From Candidatus Poribacteria bacterium (GTDB lineage: Bacteria; Poribacteria; WGA-4E; WGA-3G), in assembly GCA_003635305.1 (NCBI GenBank), contig PYJE01000120.1:5506-53440 (forward strand): 47,935 nt of DNA, written 5' to 3'. The notes beneath the pieces are model-generated. The model had not been told where the DNA came from, did no database searches, and saw only the letters and a program-made list of their open reading frames with translations. Made by a program: the position numbers and the translations under genes. Below, piece after piece: positions 30,138-39,405 of the stretch; within the stretch, counting starts at the first letter, position 1; each line of letters begins with the position of its first letter.

Positions 30138-33100
30138 ATGTCAATAGCCGATTTTTTTCGCGGGAAGGTTCTATTCATTACGGGCGGCACCGCCTTCCTC
30201 GGACAGCCGATGGTTGCCAAAATTCTGACCGGGCTTCCCGACATCCATAAAATGTATCTGCTCATCCGGAGCCGCACCGATGCTAGAGGAAAACGCATCA
30301 ATGCGCAAGAACGGTTAGAAAACGAACTGTTAACCTCCGATGTGTTCACTGCACTCCGCCAACACCACGGCGGAAATTTTGACAAGTGGGCGAAGCAGAA
30401 GTTGTGCGCCGTTGAAGGCGAACTCACGCACGAACGCCTCGGCCTCAGCGATGAAGAATACCAACGGCTGCAGGACGAAGTGCAACTTTTCATTAACATC
30501 GCCGGTGTTGTTCAATTCGATCCGCCGTTTGACGAATCGTTGAAGGGCAACGCATTAGCAGCCAAGCACGTCGTCACCTTCGCGAAGGGGTGTCAGAACG
30601 CTGTCTTCCTGCACGTCTCAACGGCGTATGTCTGCGGTGACACCCCGGGCCGAGTACCGGAAGAACTCCCGCTGCCTTATGAAATCTACGCCGAGCAGCA
30701 TCAGGCGAAGACTGGCGTTGCCATCCCGCAGACTCTCTCGGCGGAAGTTGAGGCACTGCTGAGTCTGAGCGATGCAATCCACGCCGAGGCAGACTCACCG
30801 GAACGCCTCGCGCAGTTTCAACGGGAGGCGGAGCAGCATAAACGGGGCAGCCGCAAGGCACTGGAAGCGCAAGTCAAGGAGGCGCGAACCGAATGGCTTG
30901 AGGCACAATTGGTAGAGGCAGGGTTGAAGCACGCACGCTCGCGCGGGTGGAACGATACCTACACCTACATGAAATTCCTCGCCGAACAGATGGTGATGGA
31001 ATTGCGAGGCGAACTGCCCACGGCGATTATCCGGCCTTCCATTATTGAGAGCAGCCTCGCGGAACCGGTGCCGGGATGGCTCGGCAAGTTTCGGATGTCG
31101 GAACCGCTGATTGTCGGTTTTGCAAAGGGCCGTTTACCTGATTTTCCGGCAGACCCCGGGATTATCCTCGATATTATTCCGGTTGATTTTGTTGTGAACG
31201 CCATGTTGGCGGCTGCCGAAGCCACGGCGCGGAACGGCGGCATTGCGGTATATCACGTCGCCACTGGCACACAAAACCCGCTCTATTTCCGCGGCATCGT
31301 TGACGCAACCTACGACTATTTTGTCGAAAACCCGATGCTGGAAAACGGCAAACCGATTCAAGTGCCGGTCTGGCAGTATCCTAGTTTAGAGGAATTCCAG
31401 CGGAAATTGGACAGCAGGATGCGGATGCTTGACAAGGCAATTCAGGCACTCGCTCGGTTACCGCTACGCGCCGCAAAACGCCGCCGTCGTCGACTTGTCG
31501 TGAAGCAGAGCAGTATCAAGGCACTCCTCCACTACATCCGCATTTACGCGCCTTACACCCGCACCAACTTTGAATTCGAGACGCGTAAGACGCAAGGACT
31601 GTGGGAGGCACTCTCCCCGGACGAGAGGCAACGCTTTAACTTTGATGTCTCGCAGATTCATTGGAAGCAGTATTTCCATGACATCCACATTCCCGGTATC
31701 AAACGGCACGTGCTGAAGTTGGAAGAACCAACCGCAGGCGAATCCGCCTCGGCGAGGCAGCGTCAATCGGATTCCGATGATGAAGCGGAAGCATCGGCTG
31801 AAGCAGTCAGCGCGCCCGCCCAATCGCGAGTAGCACCTGACAACTGTCAGGACAGATGTCCTTCCAATCCGCCCGATGTCGAAAACCCCATCGACCGGAT
31901 TTCGCCGAAGACCATCGTCGATTTGGTTGAGATACAAGCAAAGCGCATTCCCCACAACATCGCGCTGCAGATGGTAAGCGATGGGGAGTGGCAGCAGTAT
32001 ACCTACGCGGAAACCTACGAACGTTCACGTCAAGTGGCGTTTCAATTGTGGGAAAGCGGACTCCGCAAAGGGGCCCGGGTCTTGCTTGTTTCGGAGAACC
32101 AGCCGGAGTGGTGCATCGCCTATCTCGCCGCTGTCCAGCTCGGTGCGGCAGTAGTCCCGCTTGACGCGCAAACGCCGGTATCCGAAGTGTTAGCCATCGC
32201 CGAATTCACCGAAGCCACATCCATTTTGGTATCCGCTAGCGTCTTGGCGAAGTGCAGTGAAGCGTTGGCCTCGGCAAAACCTCAGGTGCAGAATATCAAC
32301 GAGATGACAGCGACATCGGAGATTCCTGCCGATTTTCCGAAGGTGGAGATTACGCCGGATACCGTCGCTTCGATTATCTTTACGATGGGTACGACGGTGG
32401 ACGCGAAAGGCGCGATGTTAACGCACGGGGGGTTTATTTGTAATGTGCGCGCCGTTGCAAAGGCACTGCCGCCGAGGGATAACGAACGCATTCTATCCGC
32501 GCTGCCGCTGTATCATGCCTTGAGTTTCTCGTGCAGTTTGTTGATGGCACTTTACAGCGGCACCACGGCGATTTACGTCAACGCGCTCCGTCCTACCACG
32601 CTCCTCAAGACGATGCGAGAAGCGAGAATTACCGCCTTTATCGGTGTGCCGCGACTTTTTCAGATGCTCCAAAGCACCATCAAACGGCAAGCATCGCGAG
32701 CCGAAACGCCGGGGCAAACTTTGGCTGAGAAGGCACTTGCCGTTATGGGAGGGGAGATTCGTGTGCTTGTCAGCGGTGGTGCTTCTCTCTCCGACGCTGT
32801 CTACGATGGATTTCAGGCGTTTGGACTCACCCTCTACCAAGGCTATGGCATGACAGAAACTGCGCCGGTCCTCAGCGTCAATCCGTATTTGAAAAGCAAA
32901 CGTGGCTCTGTCGGCCCGGCGGTGGAAGGCGTGGAGTTGCACATCCACAATCCTGACAGCGACGGCATCGGTGAAATCATTGCCAAGGGCCCCAGCACGA
33001 TGAAGGCTTACTACCGAAACCCGAATGCCTCCGCGAAGGCTATTCGCGAGGGATGGCTCTACACGGGAGACCTCGGGTTCATGGATGCGGATGGGTATCT

Positions 33101-34478
33101 CTATATTACCGGGCATTGCAAGGATATTATCGTCCCCGCCTCCGGCAAAAATGTGTATCCGGTGGAATTGGAGGCACTTTATCGGCATCATCCGGCGATT
33201 TCGGAGATGTGCGTCGTCGGCATCCCTTATGAAGATAAGAGCGATACCGCCATCCACGCCGTGATTGTGCCTACAGATACCGCCACGCCACCGGCAAGCA
33301 CGGCTTCAAACGGCGCGCTCGGCGAGGCAATCCAACACCACCTTCAGGCGCGCGCCAAACAGGTGCCGAGTTATCAGCAATTCCACAAAACGCATCTGTG
33401 GGAAGAGGCACTGCCGAAGACTGCCGATGGCACTCTGGATAGGCAGCGCGTCAAAGTGATGCTTCAGGCGCATCTGGCGCACGTGGAAAGCGCGTCTGTA
33501 GATGATGAACTTGAACCTTCATCGGCTATTCCAGAAGAAATTCTAACGTCCCTCGCGCGATTGGCTCGGATGGAAACAAACCAGATTCGCCCAGAAAGCC
33601 GTTTAGACACCGCTCTTGGGCTTGACTCGCTCATGCGGTTGGATCTGTTGCTTCTCCTTGAAGCGCGCCTCGGCCACACCATTCCCGATGCGATGCTCGC
33701 CAATTTACAGACAGTCGGGGATGTCGTTGAGTTAACGCAGACGTTCCAAGCGTCGGATGCTGAAGATAGAGATGCATCTCACGAGCCGAGGCCGGCTGTC
33801 AATATTCGGGATGTGCCGCGGTGGTATGCGCGCGCCTTCCGTTCTGTCGTGCGGAGCATCTATAAGCACTATTTCTCGCTGGAGTGCCACGGGTTGGAGC
33901 ATATCCCGCAGGGGAAGCCCTATATCATCACACCGAATCACACAAGTCACTTGGATACGCTCGCTGTGATAACCGCTCTCGGGCCGAAGGCGTATCAACT
34001 CTGGACGCTTGCTGCGCGCGATTATTGGTTCGCCAACCGTCTGCAAGGCTGGTTCGCGCGCAACTGCCTCAACGCCTTGCCGATCGAACGTGAAGGGAAC
34101 TTCGCTGAGTTCCTCCAAGATTTGCGCGTAGCAAACGAAGTGATGGCGCAAAACAACGGTTTGCTCGTCTTCCCCGAAGGCACCCGTTCGCTTGATGGCC
34201 AACTTCAGCCGTTCAAACAGGGTATCCTCAGTTTGCTCATTTATGCACCCGACGTGCCGATTATCCCTGCGTATATTGAAGGCACTTATCACGCGCTGCC
34301 GAAAGGGAAAAATCTCCCGAAAAAGCATCCTGTCCGGATAGTGTTCGGCGAGCCGGTGACTTTTGATATGCGTGCCGGCGAGCCGCATGGAGACGCGGAT
34401 AGATACCAACATTTTCTCGCACAGGCGCAAAGCCGCGTCGCCGCACTTGGCGCAACCTTAACCAAGGACGGTGCATAA
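30138..34478 (+). CDS. 1446-aa four-module lipid enzyme: fatty acyl-CoA/ACP reductase (NAD_binding_4 + Sterile domains), AMP-dependent acyl ligase, acyl carrier protein domain, and PlsC-type acyltransferase
   Basis: FAR module: GKVLFITGGTAFLG, FLHVSTAYV, YTYMKFLAE, IIRPSIIESS...PGWL, then a Sterile-like C-terminal region to about aa 530. An acidic, Ser/Ala-rich linker follows. Ligase module (about aa 590-1105): TMGTTVDAKGAMLTH, YQGYGMTE, WLYTGDLG, GKNVYP. ACP module: LGLDSLMRLDL with Ser1164 (nt 33627-33629). PlsC module: NHTSHLD (His1268) and FPEGTRS. Confidence 0.85.
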   Translation: MSIADFFRGKVLFITGGTAFLGQPMVAKILTGLPDIHKMYLLIRSRTDARGKRINAQERLENELLTSDVFTALRQHHGGNFDKWAKQKLCAVEGELTHERLGLSDEEYQRLQDEVQLFINIAGVVQFDPPFDESLKGNALAAKHVVTFAKGCQNAVFLHVSTAYVCGDTPGRVPEELPLPYEIYAEQHQAKTGVAIPQTLSAEVEALLSLSDAIHAEADSPERLAQFQREAEQHKRGSRKALEAQVKEARTEWLEAQLVEAGLKHARSRGWNDTYTYMKFLAEQMVMELRGELPTAIIRPSIIESSLAEPVPGWLGKFRMSEPLIVGFAKGRLPDFPADPGIILDIIPVDFVVNAMLAAAEATARNGGIAVYHVATGTQNPLYFRGIVDATYDYFVENPMLENGKPIQVPVWQYPSLEEFQRKLDSRMRMLDKAIQALARLPLRAAKRRRRRLVVKQSSIKALLHYIRIYAPYTRTNFEFETRKTQGLWEALSPDERQRFNFDVSQIHWKQYFHDIHIPGIKRHVLKLEEPTAGESASARQRQSDSDDEAEASAEAVSAPAQSRVAPDNCQDRCPSNPPDVENPIDRISPKTIVDLVEIQAKRIPHNIALQMVSDGEWQQYTYAETYERSRQVAFQLWESGLRKGARVLLVSENQPEWCIAYLAAVQLGAAVVPLDAQTPVSEVLAIAEFTEATSILVSASVLAKCSEALASAKPQVQNINEMTATSEIPADFPKVEITPDTVASIIFTMGTTVDAKGAMLTHGGFICNVRAVAKALPPRDNERILSALPLYHALSFSCSLLMALYSGTTAIYVNALRPTTLLKTMREARITAFIGVPRLFQMLQSTIKRQASRAETPGQTLAEKALAVMGGEIRVLVSGGASLSDAVYDGFQAFGLTLYQGYGMTETAPVLSVNPYLKSKRGSVGPAVEGVELHIHNPDSDGIGEIIAKGPSTMKAYYRNPNASAKAIREGWLYTGDLGFMDADGYLYITGHCKDIIVPASGKNVYPVELEALYRHHPAISEMCVVGIPYEDKSDTAIHAVIVPTDTATPPASTASNGALGEAIQHHLQARAKQVPSYQQFHKTHLWEEALPKTADGTLDRQRVKVMLQAHLAHVESASVDDELEPSSAIPEEILTSLARLARMETNQIRPESRLDTALGLDSLMRLDLLLLLEARLGHTIPDAMLANLQTVGDVVELTQTFQASDAEDRDASHEPRPAVNIRDVPRWYARAFRSVVRSIYKHYFSLECHGLEHIPQGKPYIITPNHTSHLDTLAVITALGPKAYQLWTLAARDYWFANRLQGWFARNCLNALPIEREGNFAEFLQDLRVANEVMAQNNGLLVFPEGTRSLDGQLQPFKQGILSLLIYAPDVPIIPAYIEGTYHALPKGKNLPKKHPVRIVFGEPVTFDMRAGEPHGDADRYQHFLAQAQSRVAALGATLTKDGA

Positions 34479-35167
34479 TGGCATCGAAAACACCGATGGC
34501 ATCCGATACTGTAGCGTTCTTTGACGTAGATGGCACGCTTTTGGATTCCACAATTGTGCATTACTACCTCTGGTTGCGCACGGCAAAACTTCCGTTCTTT
34601 TTGAAACCGTTGTGGTTGGCAGCGTTCCTCCCCAAAGTCGTTTATTACCTGATTTTGGACCGGAGGAGCAGAACGCGGTTCAACCAGGTCTTCTATCGGA
34701 ACTACCGCGGTATGGACGCGGAAAGCGTAAAGGCGTTGTCGCAGGAAATGTTTGAGGACTCCCTGCGCGCCAAAATCTTTCCAGCTGCCATATCGCAAAT
34801 TCAGGAACACAAGGCGCAAGGCGCGACTGTTGTCCTCGTGACAGGCTCGCTGGACTTCATTATGCAACCGCTTGCCGAATTCTTCGCCGTTGACTACGTC
34901 TTAGCACCGCGTCTCCGCGAAGAAGCCGGGCGATTCACGGGCGAACTCACCACGCCGCCGCTCATCGGTGAAGAGAAGGCGAAAGCGATGAAAGCCTTCG
35001 CCGAAGGACACGGCATCGCGTTAGAGAATTGCTACGCCTACAGCGATAGTCAATCCGATCTGCCGATGTTAGAATGCGTCGGCAATCCCGTGGCAGTGAA
35101 CCCGGGAAAATCCCTCCGTAAGAAAGCACTCGCCTCCGGTTGGGAAATGTATGAATGGGTGCTATAA
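34478..35167 (+). CDS. HAD-IB family hydrolase (phosphoserine-phosphatase-like)
   Basis: The start overlaps the upstream stop (TAATG). Motif I is FFDVDGTLLDS, motif II is VVLVTGS, and motif IV is YAYSDSQSDLPML. Confidence 0.8.
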   Translation: MASKTPMASDTVAFFDVDGTLLDSTIVHYYLWLRTAKLPFFLKPLWLAAFLPKVVYYLILDRRSRTRFNQVFYRNYRGMDAESVKALSQEMFEDSLRAKIFPAAISQIQEHKAQGATVVLVTGSLDFIMQPLAEFFAVDYVLAPRLREEAGRFTGELTTPPLIGEEKAKAMKAFAEGHGIALENCYAYSDSQSDLPMLECVGNPVAVNPGKSLRKKALASGWEMYEWVL

Positions 35168-35180
35168 GTTACCACGTGGG

Positions 35181-35248
35181 GCGCGGGCCTGTCCCTCGCA
35201 AGGTTTGGTGCCTCTCTCACGCCAGCGGGCGTAGGCCTGTCCCTCGCC
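35181..35248. repeat. Two family-A REP units
   Basis: Direct reading (GCGCGGGCCTGTCCCTCGC and GGCGTAGGCCTGTCCCTCGCC). Confidence 0.75.
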
Positions 35249-35275
35249 AGGCTAAAACGAAAAAAGGAGAAACTC

Positions 35276-35494
35276 ATGAACGTCACTCGCTATTTTGAAT
35301 CGATGTCTACCCCGAGCGACACCATGTTCGTCGAAATTGACGACAGGCTTCGGTATACGCGTCGCGGCGACGATTGGGCGAAATTCCGCGCTGACCTGAT
35401 TCAGGTGCTGGAGCAGACTGTCTCTACGGAACTTTCCGAAGAGTTCGCCGCTGCGACAGAAGAATGGCTAACATCCAATTCCGCTGATTTGTAA
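35276..35494 (+). CDS. Small acidic hypothetical protein (72 aa)
   Basis: The RBS AAGGAGA lies 6 nt upstream of the ATG. I recognise no family. Confidence 0.5.
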   Translation: MNVTRYFESMSTPSDTMFVEIDDRLRYTRRGDDWAKFRADLIQVLEQTVSTELSEEFAAATEEWLTSNSADL

Positions 35495-35556
35495 GGGCGA
35501 CTGTCGTGAAATAGCCGCCCCGACAAACCCAGCGGATACCGAACGTATCACAAGAT

Positions 35557-36507
35557 ATGCAAAACCCAATCCACCACGCCCAAACGCTAGAGACTGAAGG
35601 CCACCTCGCCGAAGCCATTTGCGCTTACGATACCATTCTTCGCACAAGGGACGAAACGGCAATGTTGGCACATGCCAATTTCCGGCTCGGTGCCATCTAC
35701 CGTGAATGGGGGGAACTCTTCGCCGCGCAACGGTTTCTCGCACAAGCGCATCAACTTGAACCGGACAACGCCGATATCCGCTGCACGATAGACGCACTCA
35801 ACCAACACTTCTCGCAGCATCGAGAATTCGTTGCGGATGAGATGTCTCGCAAAAACAGCGATGCCATCGTCTCGCTTTTCCGCATCGCCACCGGGATTAA
35901 ACTGCTAGCGATGGATAAACCTGTCCAAGCTTACCCGCTGCTAAAGAGCCGCACCAAGATTTTCCCGAATGCCGCCGTAGCGAAGCATCTTCTCACCGAC
36001 ATCAGCATCACCGAGCAGGAAGTGAATTCCGCCATCAAATTCCTGTTGGAGAGAGAATGGCTCATCGGGACAGGCGCGGAACTTTACTCGATAACAACCA
36101 GCGGCCTTTATGCCTTCTATACCGAGCTCGCCCAATTGCACGTCGCTAACGATGCCTATACCGAGGCGTTAACCTGTTATGAGCAGGCATATTGGCTTGA
36201 CGATTCGCAACCCGCGCCGTTGTATCACAAAGTTATTTGTTATGCGAACGCTGATGCGTGGGATGAGGCGGTTGCATGTCTTGCCGAACTTCCCGACGAG
36301 GTGCCGGAAGGTGTAGACAGCGCGGCCTATCATGCCGCTGTTGCGCGGAGTTATCACCACGTCTATTCCCGCACGCAGGATGAAACCGCAAAGCAAAAGG
36401 TGATTCAGGCGTGCAAGGCGGTGCTGCGGCTGGATAAAAAAGACAAAGCGATTTCAAAGCTGCTGGCATCGTATCAGGGCAAAACGAGTTGGTGGCGACG
36501 AAAATAG
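35557..36507 (+). CDS. TPR-repeat protein
   Basis: TPR-like units are present, for example GHLAEAICAYDTILRTRD and ANFRLGAIYREWGELFAAQRFLAQAHQLEPDNADI. Confidence 0.65.
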   Translation: MQNPIHHAQTLETEGHLAEAICAYDTILRTRDETAMLAHANFRLGAIYREWGELFAAQRFLAQAHQLEPDNADIRCTIDALNQHFSQHREFVADEMSRKNSDAIVSLFRIATGIKLLAMDKPVQAYPLLKSRTKIFPNAAVAKHLLTDISITEQEVNSAIKFLLEREWLIGTGAELYSITTSGLYAFYTELAQLHVANDAYTEALTCYEQAYWLDDSQPAPLYHKVICYANADAWDEAVACLAELPDEVPEGVDSAAYHAAVARSYHHVYSRTQDETAKQKVIQACKAVLRLDKKDKAISKLLASYQGKTSWWRRK

Positions 36508-36510
36508 GAT

Positions 36511-36651
36511 AGACGCAGCATGAACCCTGTAGGCGCACGAACAAAAACACATCGGGACCGGGAGAACCCGCCTACTAAGACGCAGCACGAACCCCGTAGG
36601 CGCACGAACCCCGTAGGCGCGGTTTCCAACCGCGCCTACCGGTGGGGAATT
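36511..36651. repeat. Composite REP cluster: an inverted family-C unit (ATCGGGACCGGGAGAACCCGCCTAC, 36551-36575), repeated CCCGTAGGCGCACGAAC motifs and a family-B unit (36613-36639)
   Basis: Direct reading. Confidence 0.75.
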
Positions 36652-36686
36652 CGGGCATTTGCGTTCATCAAAAAGAAATAAGCAAC

Positions 36687-36715
36687 TTGACACAATTCTG
36701 ATTTTCATTTACAAT
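36687..36715 (+). promoter_or_regulatory. Near-consensus sigma-70 promoter TTGACA-17 bp-TACAAT upstream of the ThuA-like gene
   Basis: TTGACA is at 36687-36692 and TACAAT at 36710-36715. Confidence 0.65.
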
Positions 36716-36768
36716 GCATCTAGTTTCGTTCTGATTTCTCACGGTAAGCAACACCAAAGGAGACAATC

Positions 36769-37416
36769 ATGTCAAAAATTCTCGTGCTATCCGGTGAAAA
36801 CCATCGCTTTGATGCGAGTGCGTCCGTTATTCACGACTTTCTTGACGCGGATGCCGATATTTCAGCTATCCTTACCGACGACAAAACTATCTTAGCTTCC
36901 CCCGAATTGAACGGTTACGACGCGTGCGTCTTCGGCACCGGCTTCACCCGCACCGAGCGGAAAGCCGATGGCGCCGTGGCGCGCGTGCCCGATTTAGCGC
37001 CGGACGAAGAAGCAGGGTTGTTCAATTTTGTGAGCGGCGGCAAAGGGCTTGTCGGCATTCACGGCACAGCATGGTGGATAGGCGGCCGCTCCGTAGATTT
37101 AATCGGCGGCCATGCGAACTGGCACCCGCCGGGCTCCACCTTCACCGTCCACATCGAGGATACCGCGCACCCGACAACGCAAGGCGTGGCGGATTTCGAT
37201 GTGGAAGATGAAATTTACATCTCCGCGCACGAACCGAATCTTCACGTGCTCGCTTCCGCCGAGTGGTTCGGCAAGGCACACCCGATGGCGTGGGTGAAAC
37301 CCTACGGTTCCGGGCGCGTCTTCTATACCACTTTAGGCCACGGTCCCGGCACCTTTGAGCGCGCCGGAATGCAGAAGTTTATCACGCAAGCGGCCAAGTG
37401 GGCGGCTAGTGCATAG
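36769..37416 (+). CDS. ThuA-domain protein (trehalose-utilisation-like, GATase1 fold)
   Basis: 215 aa, with the start preceded by the RBS AAGGAGA. GLVGIHGTAWW, HPPGSTFTVHIEDTAHPTTQGV and RVFYTTLGHG are typical ThuA blocks. Confidence 0.75.
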   Translation: MSKILVLSGENHRFDASASVIHDFLDADADISAILTDDKTILASPELNGYDACVFGTGFTRTERKADGAVARVPDLAPDEEAGLFNFVSGGKGLVGIHGTAWWIGGRSVDLIGGHANWHPPGSTFTVHIEDTAHPTTQGVADFDVEDEIYISAHEPNLHVLASAEWFGKAHPMAWVKPYGSGRVFYTTLGHGPGTFERAGMQKFITQAAKWAASA

Positions 37417-37424
37417 GCCTGTCC

Positions 37425-37450
37425 GGGCGGATGGCCTTAACTATCCGCCC
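37425..37450 (+). terminator. Hairpin GGGCGGAT-loop-ATCCGCCC (GGGCGGA hairpin family)
   Basis: Direct reading. There is no T-tract, and the next gene starts only 20 nt downstream. Confidence 0.35.
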
Positions 37451-37469
37451 GTTCGGAGTTTCATATCAC

Positions 37470-38558
37470 ATGCGCACACTCAAAATCACCGCCATAGAAA
37501 CCGAACGCGTTCACGTCAATCACCGCGGCGATTGGCTTTTCGTTAAAGTGCATGCCGAGGATGGCATCATCGGCATCGGTGAGGCATCGCACGGCAGCGA
37601 TGACGCGCGCGTCGCGCATCTCATCGAAACGGTGACACCGGCACTCATCGGGTGGAACGTCTTCCAATTTGAGGCCTTCCGCCATCGGTTTTATCGCGAT
37701 GCCGAAGGACACGCCTATCACACCGCAATCAGCGGCATCGAGCAGGCAACCTGGGATGCAGCAGGTAAGGCGTTAAACCTGCCAAGTCATCAACTGCTGG
37801 GCGGCAGCTGTCGTGACAAGATTCGCCTTTACGCGAACATCAACCGCGCCACGATAGACAGGAGTCCCGAAGGCTTTGCGCGCAACGCGGAAAAGGCGGT
37901 TTCCGAAGGCTTCACGGCGATAAAATGCGCGCCGTTTGACGATGTATCAGTGGCGAATATCTCGCAGGGTAGCCTCACGCCTCCCATCTGTCTCGGCATC
38001 GCTCGGATTCGTGCAATTCGCGATGCCATCGGTGCCGAGGCAGAACTAATGGTAGATTGCCACAGCCGCTTTAACCCCGGCATCATCGTCCAGGTTGCGA
38101 AAGAACTGGATGACTTGAGGCTCTTCTGGCTTGAAGATCCGGTGCCTTTGGAGAATCTGGATGCCTTCGCACACGTGAGTCAATCCACCTCCATGCCTAT
38201 CGCAACCGGGGAACGTTTACGCACGCTTTCTGCCTTCAACCGGCTGCTTCAACAAGGATGCGTTGACTATATTTTGCCCGATGTCAAACACGTCGGTGGA
38301 TTGTTAGGTTTGAAAAAGATAGCCGCCCTCGCCGAGGCACGGAACGTCATGGTAACGCCGCACAATCCGAGCGGACCCGTGGCAACCGCCGCCAGCGTGC
38401 AGTGCATGGCGAGTGTGCCGAATTTTGCCCTTCTTGAATATGCGTGGGGTGAAGTGGAGTGGCGCGCCTCCCTCGTCTCCCCACCCGAAACAATTGTCAA
38501 TGGATTTATTGACGTGCCTCGCCATCCCGGTTTGGGCGCGCAACTTGAAGAACAATAG
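37470..38558 (+). CDS. Enolase-superfamily enzyme (mandelate racemase/muconate lactonising family, sugar-acid dehydratase-like)
   Basis: I trimmed ORF 37431..38558 to the ATG at 37470. The motifs are ITAIETERVHV...LFVKVHAEDGIIGIGEA, MVDCHSRF, FWLEDPV and IATGERL, which include the metal-ligand pattern D/E/E. Confidence 0.8.
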   Translation: MRTLKITAIETERVHVNHRGDWLFVKVHAEDGIIGIGEASHGSDDARVAHLIETVTPALIGWNVFQFEAFRHRFYRDAEGHAYHTAISGIEQATWDAAGKALNLPSHQLLGGSCRDKIRLYANINRATIDRSPEGFARNAEKAVSEGFTAIKCAPFDDVSVANISQGSLTPPICLGIARIRAIRDAIGAEAELMVDCHSRFNPGIIVQVAKELDDLRLFWLEDPVPLENLDAFAHVSQSTSMPIATGERLRTLSAFNRLLQQGCVDYILPDVKHVGGLLGLKKIAALAEARNVMVTPHNPSGPVATAASVQCMASVPNFALLEYAWGEVEWRASLVSPPETIVNGFIDVPRHPGLGAQLEEQ

Positions 38559-38569
38559 GAAAGCGAACT

Positions 38570-39295
38570 ATGAAATGTTTTATCCCTTTTTGCCTTATGT
38601 TGATGGTTATGCTCGGCTGCCTTGGGGGCCGACAGACGACGCAAAAACCAACTGAAGAAGCCGAAGCACCGCAGGCACTCGCGGAAATCCATCTTTCAAC
38701 CCGGCAAACTAGTTACGCCGCGCAGGAAGCTATCCCGCTTGAAATCAGCATCCAGAACGGGAAATTCGACATTCTTGTGTCGTTTGTTACCGTCGCGACC
38801 AAGGCGGCTTTTACCAACCTAAAGGTTACGGATGTGAACGGCGAGGGTGTCAAACGCAAACGTCCGATCACGATGGAGAACCCGCAAAAATATGTGATGC
38901 ATCAGGGAAAATCGGTTCGGTGCATTCGGGGATTTGAACTGAAGGCAGGCGCGCAGCAGGTTGTCTCTCTGGAAGATTTGCGGCAATACTACCGAATGCC
39001 AGCCGGCACTTACACGGCAGCAGTGGAGATGAAATTGGATGTCTACCGAGAATCGATAGTGGAGCCGCCCCCACAGATAGTTGAATTGGAGAAGGACATC
39101 GCGCGGCTCCAGCGCAACACGGATGCCGCGCTCAGCCCTGAGGTAAAGCGCGACGCGATTAACGAAATCCGCGAACAGATCGAGTTTATCAAATCGAAGC
39201 ACAAAAATGAGGAGCGGGATTTGTATCTTCCCATCAAATCGCGCCGAGGACAGGCATCGCTGATGTCCAATAGTATCACGCTGACGGTGGAATAG
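38570..39295 (+). CDS. Hypothetical lipoprotein
   Basis: A lipobox-like N-terminus (MKCFIPFCLMLMVMLGC) is followed by a likely beta-rich domain and a C-terminal helical region. Confidence 0.6.
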   Translation: MKCFIPFCLMLMVMLGCLGGRQTTQKPTEEAEAPQALAEIHLSTRQTSYAAQEAIPLEISIQNGKFDILVSFVTVATKAAFTNLKVTDVNGEGVKRKRPITMENPQKYVMHQGKSVRCIRGFELKAGAQQVVSLEDLRQYYRMPAGTYTAAVEMKLDVYRESIVEPPPQIVELEKDIARLQRNTDAALSPEVKRDAINEIREQIEFIKSKHKNEERDLYLPIKSRRGQASLMSNSITLTVE

Positions 39296-39405
39296 CAGGG
39301 TGCGCGCAAATATTTAACCGGAGGAACCCTCAGGCTCGCTGATACGCGAGGCAATTTGCTCATGAAAAACAACGTAGCTTTTTTGGAAAAAGGAGGTGAA
39401 GCAAA

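Noticed and set aside
32493-34867. Long antisense ORFs inside the megasynthase and HAD genes (32493..33257, 33732..34430 and 34289..34867, all minus strand)
   Set aside because: The plus-strand frame carries contiguous, recognisable AMP-ligase, ACP, PlsC and HAD motifs. The antisense frames have no recognisable motifs and are typical GC-rich shadow ORFs.
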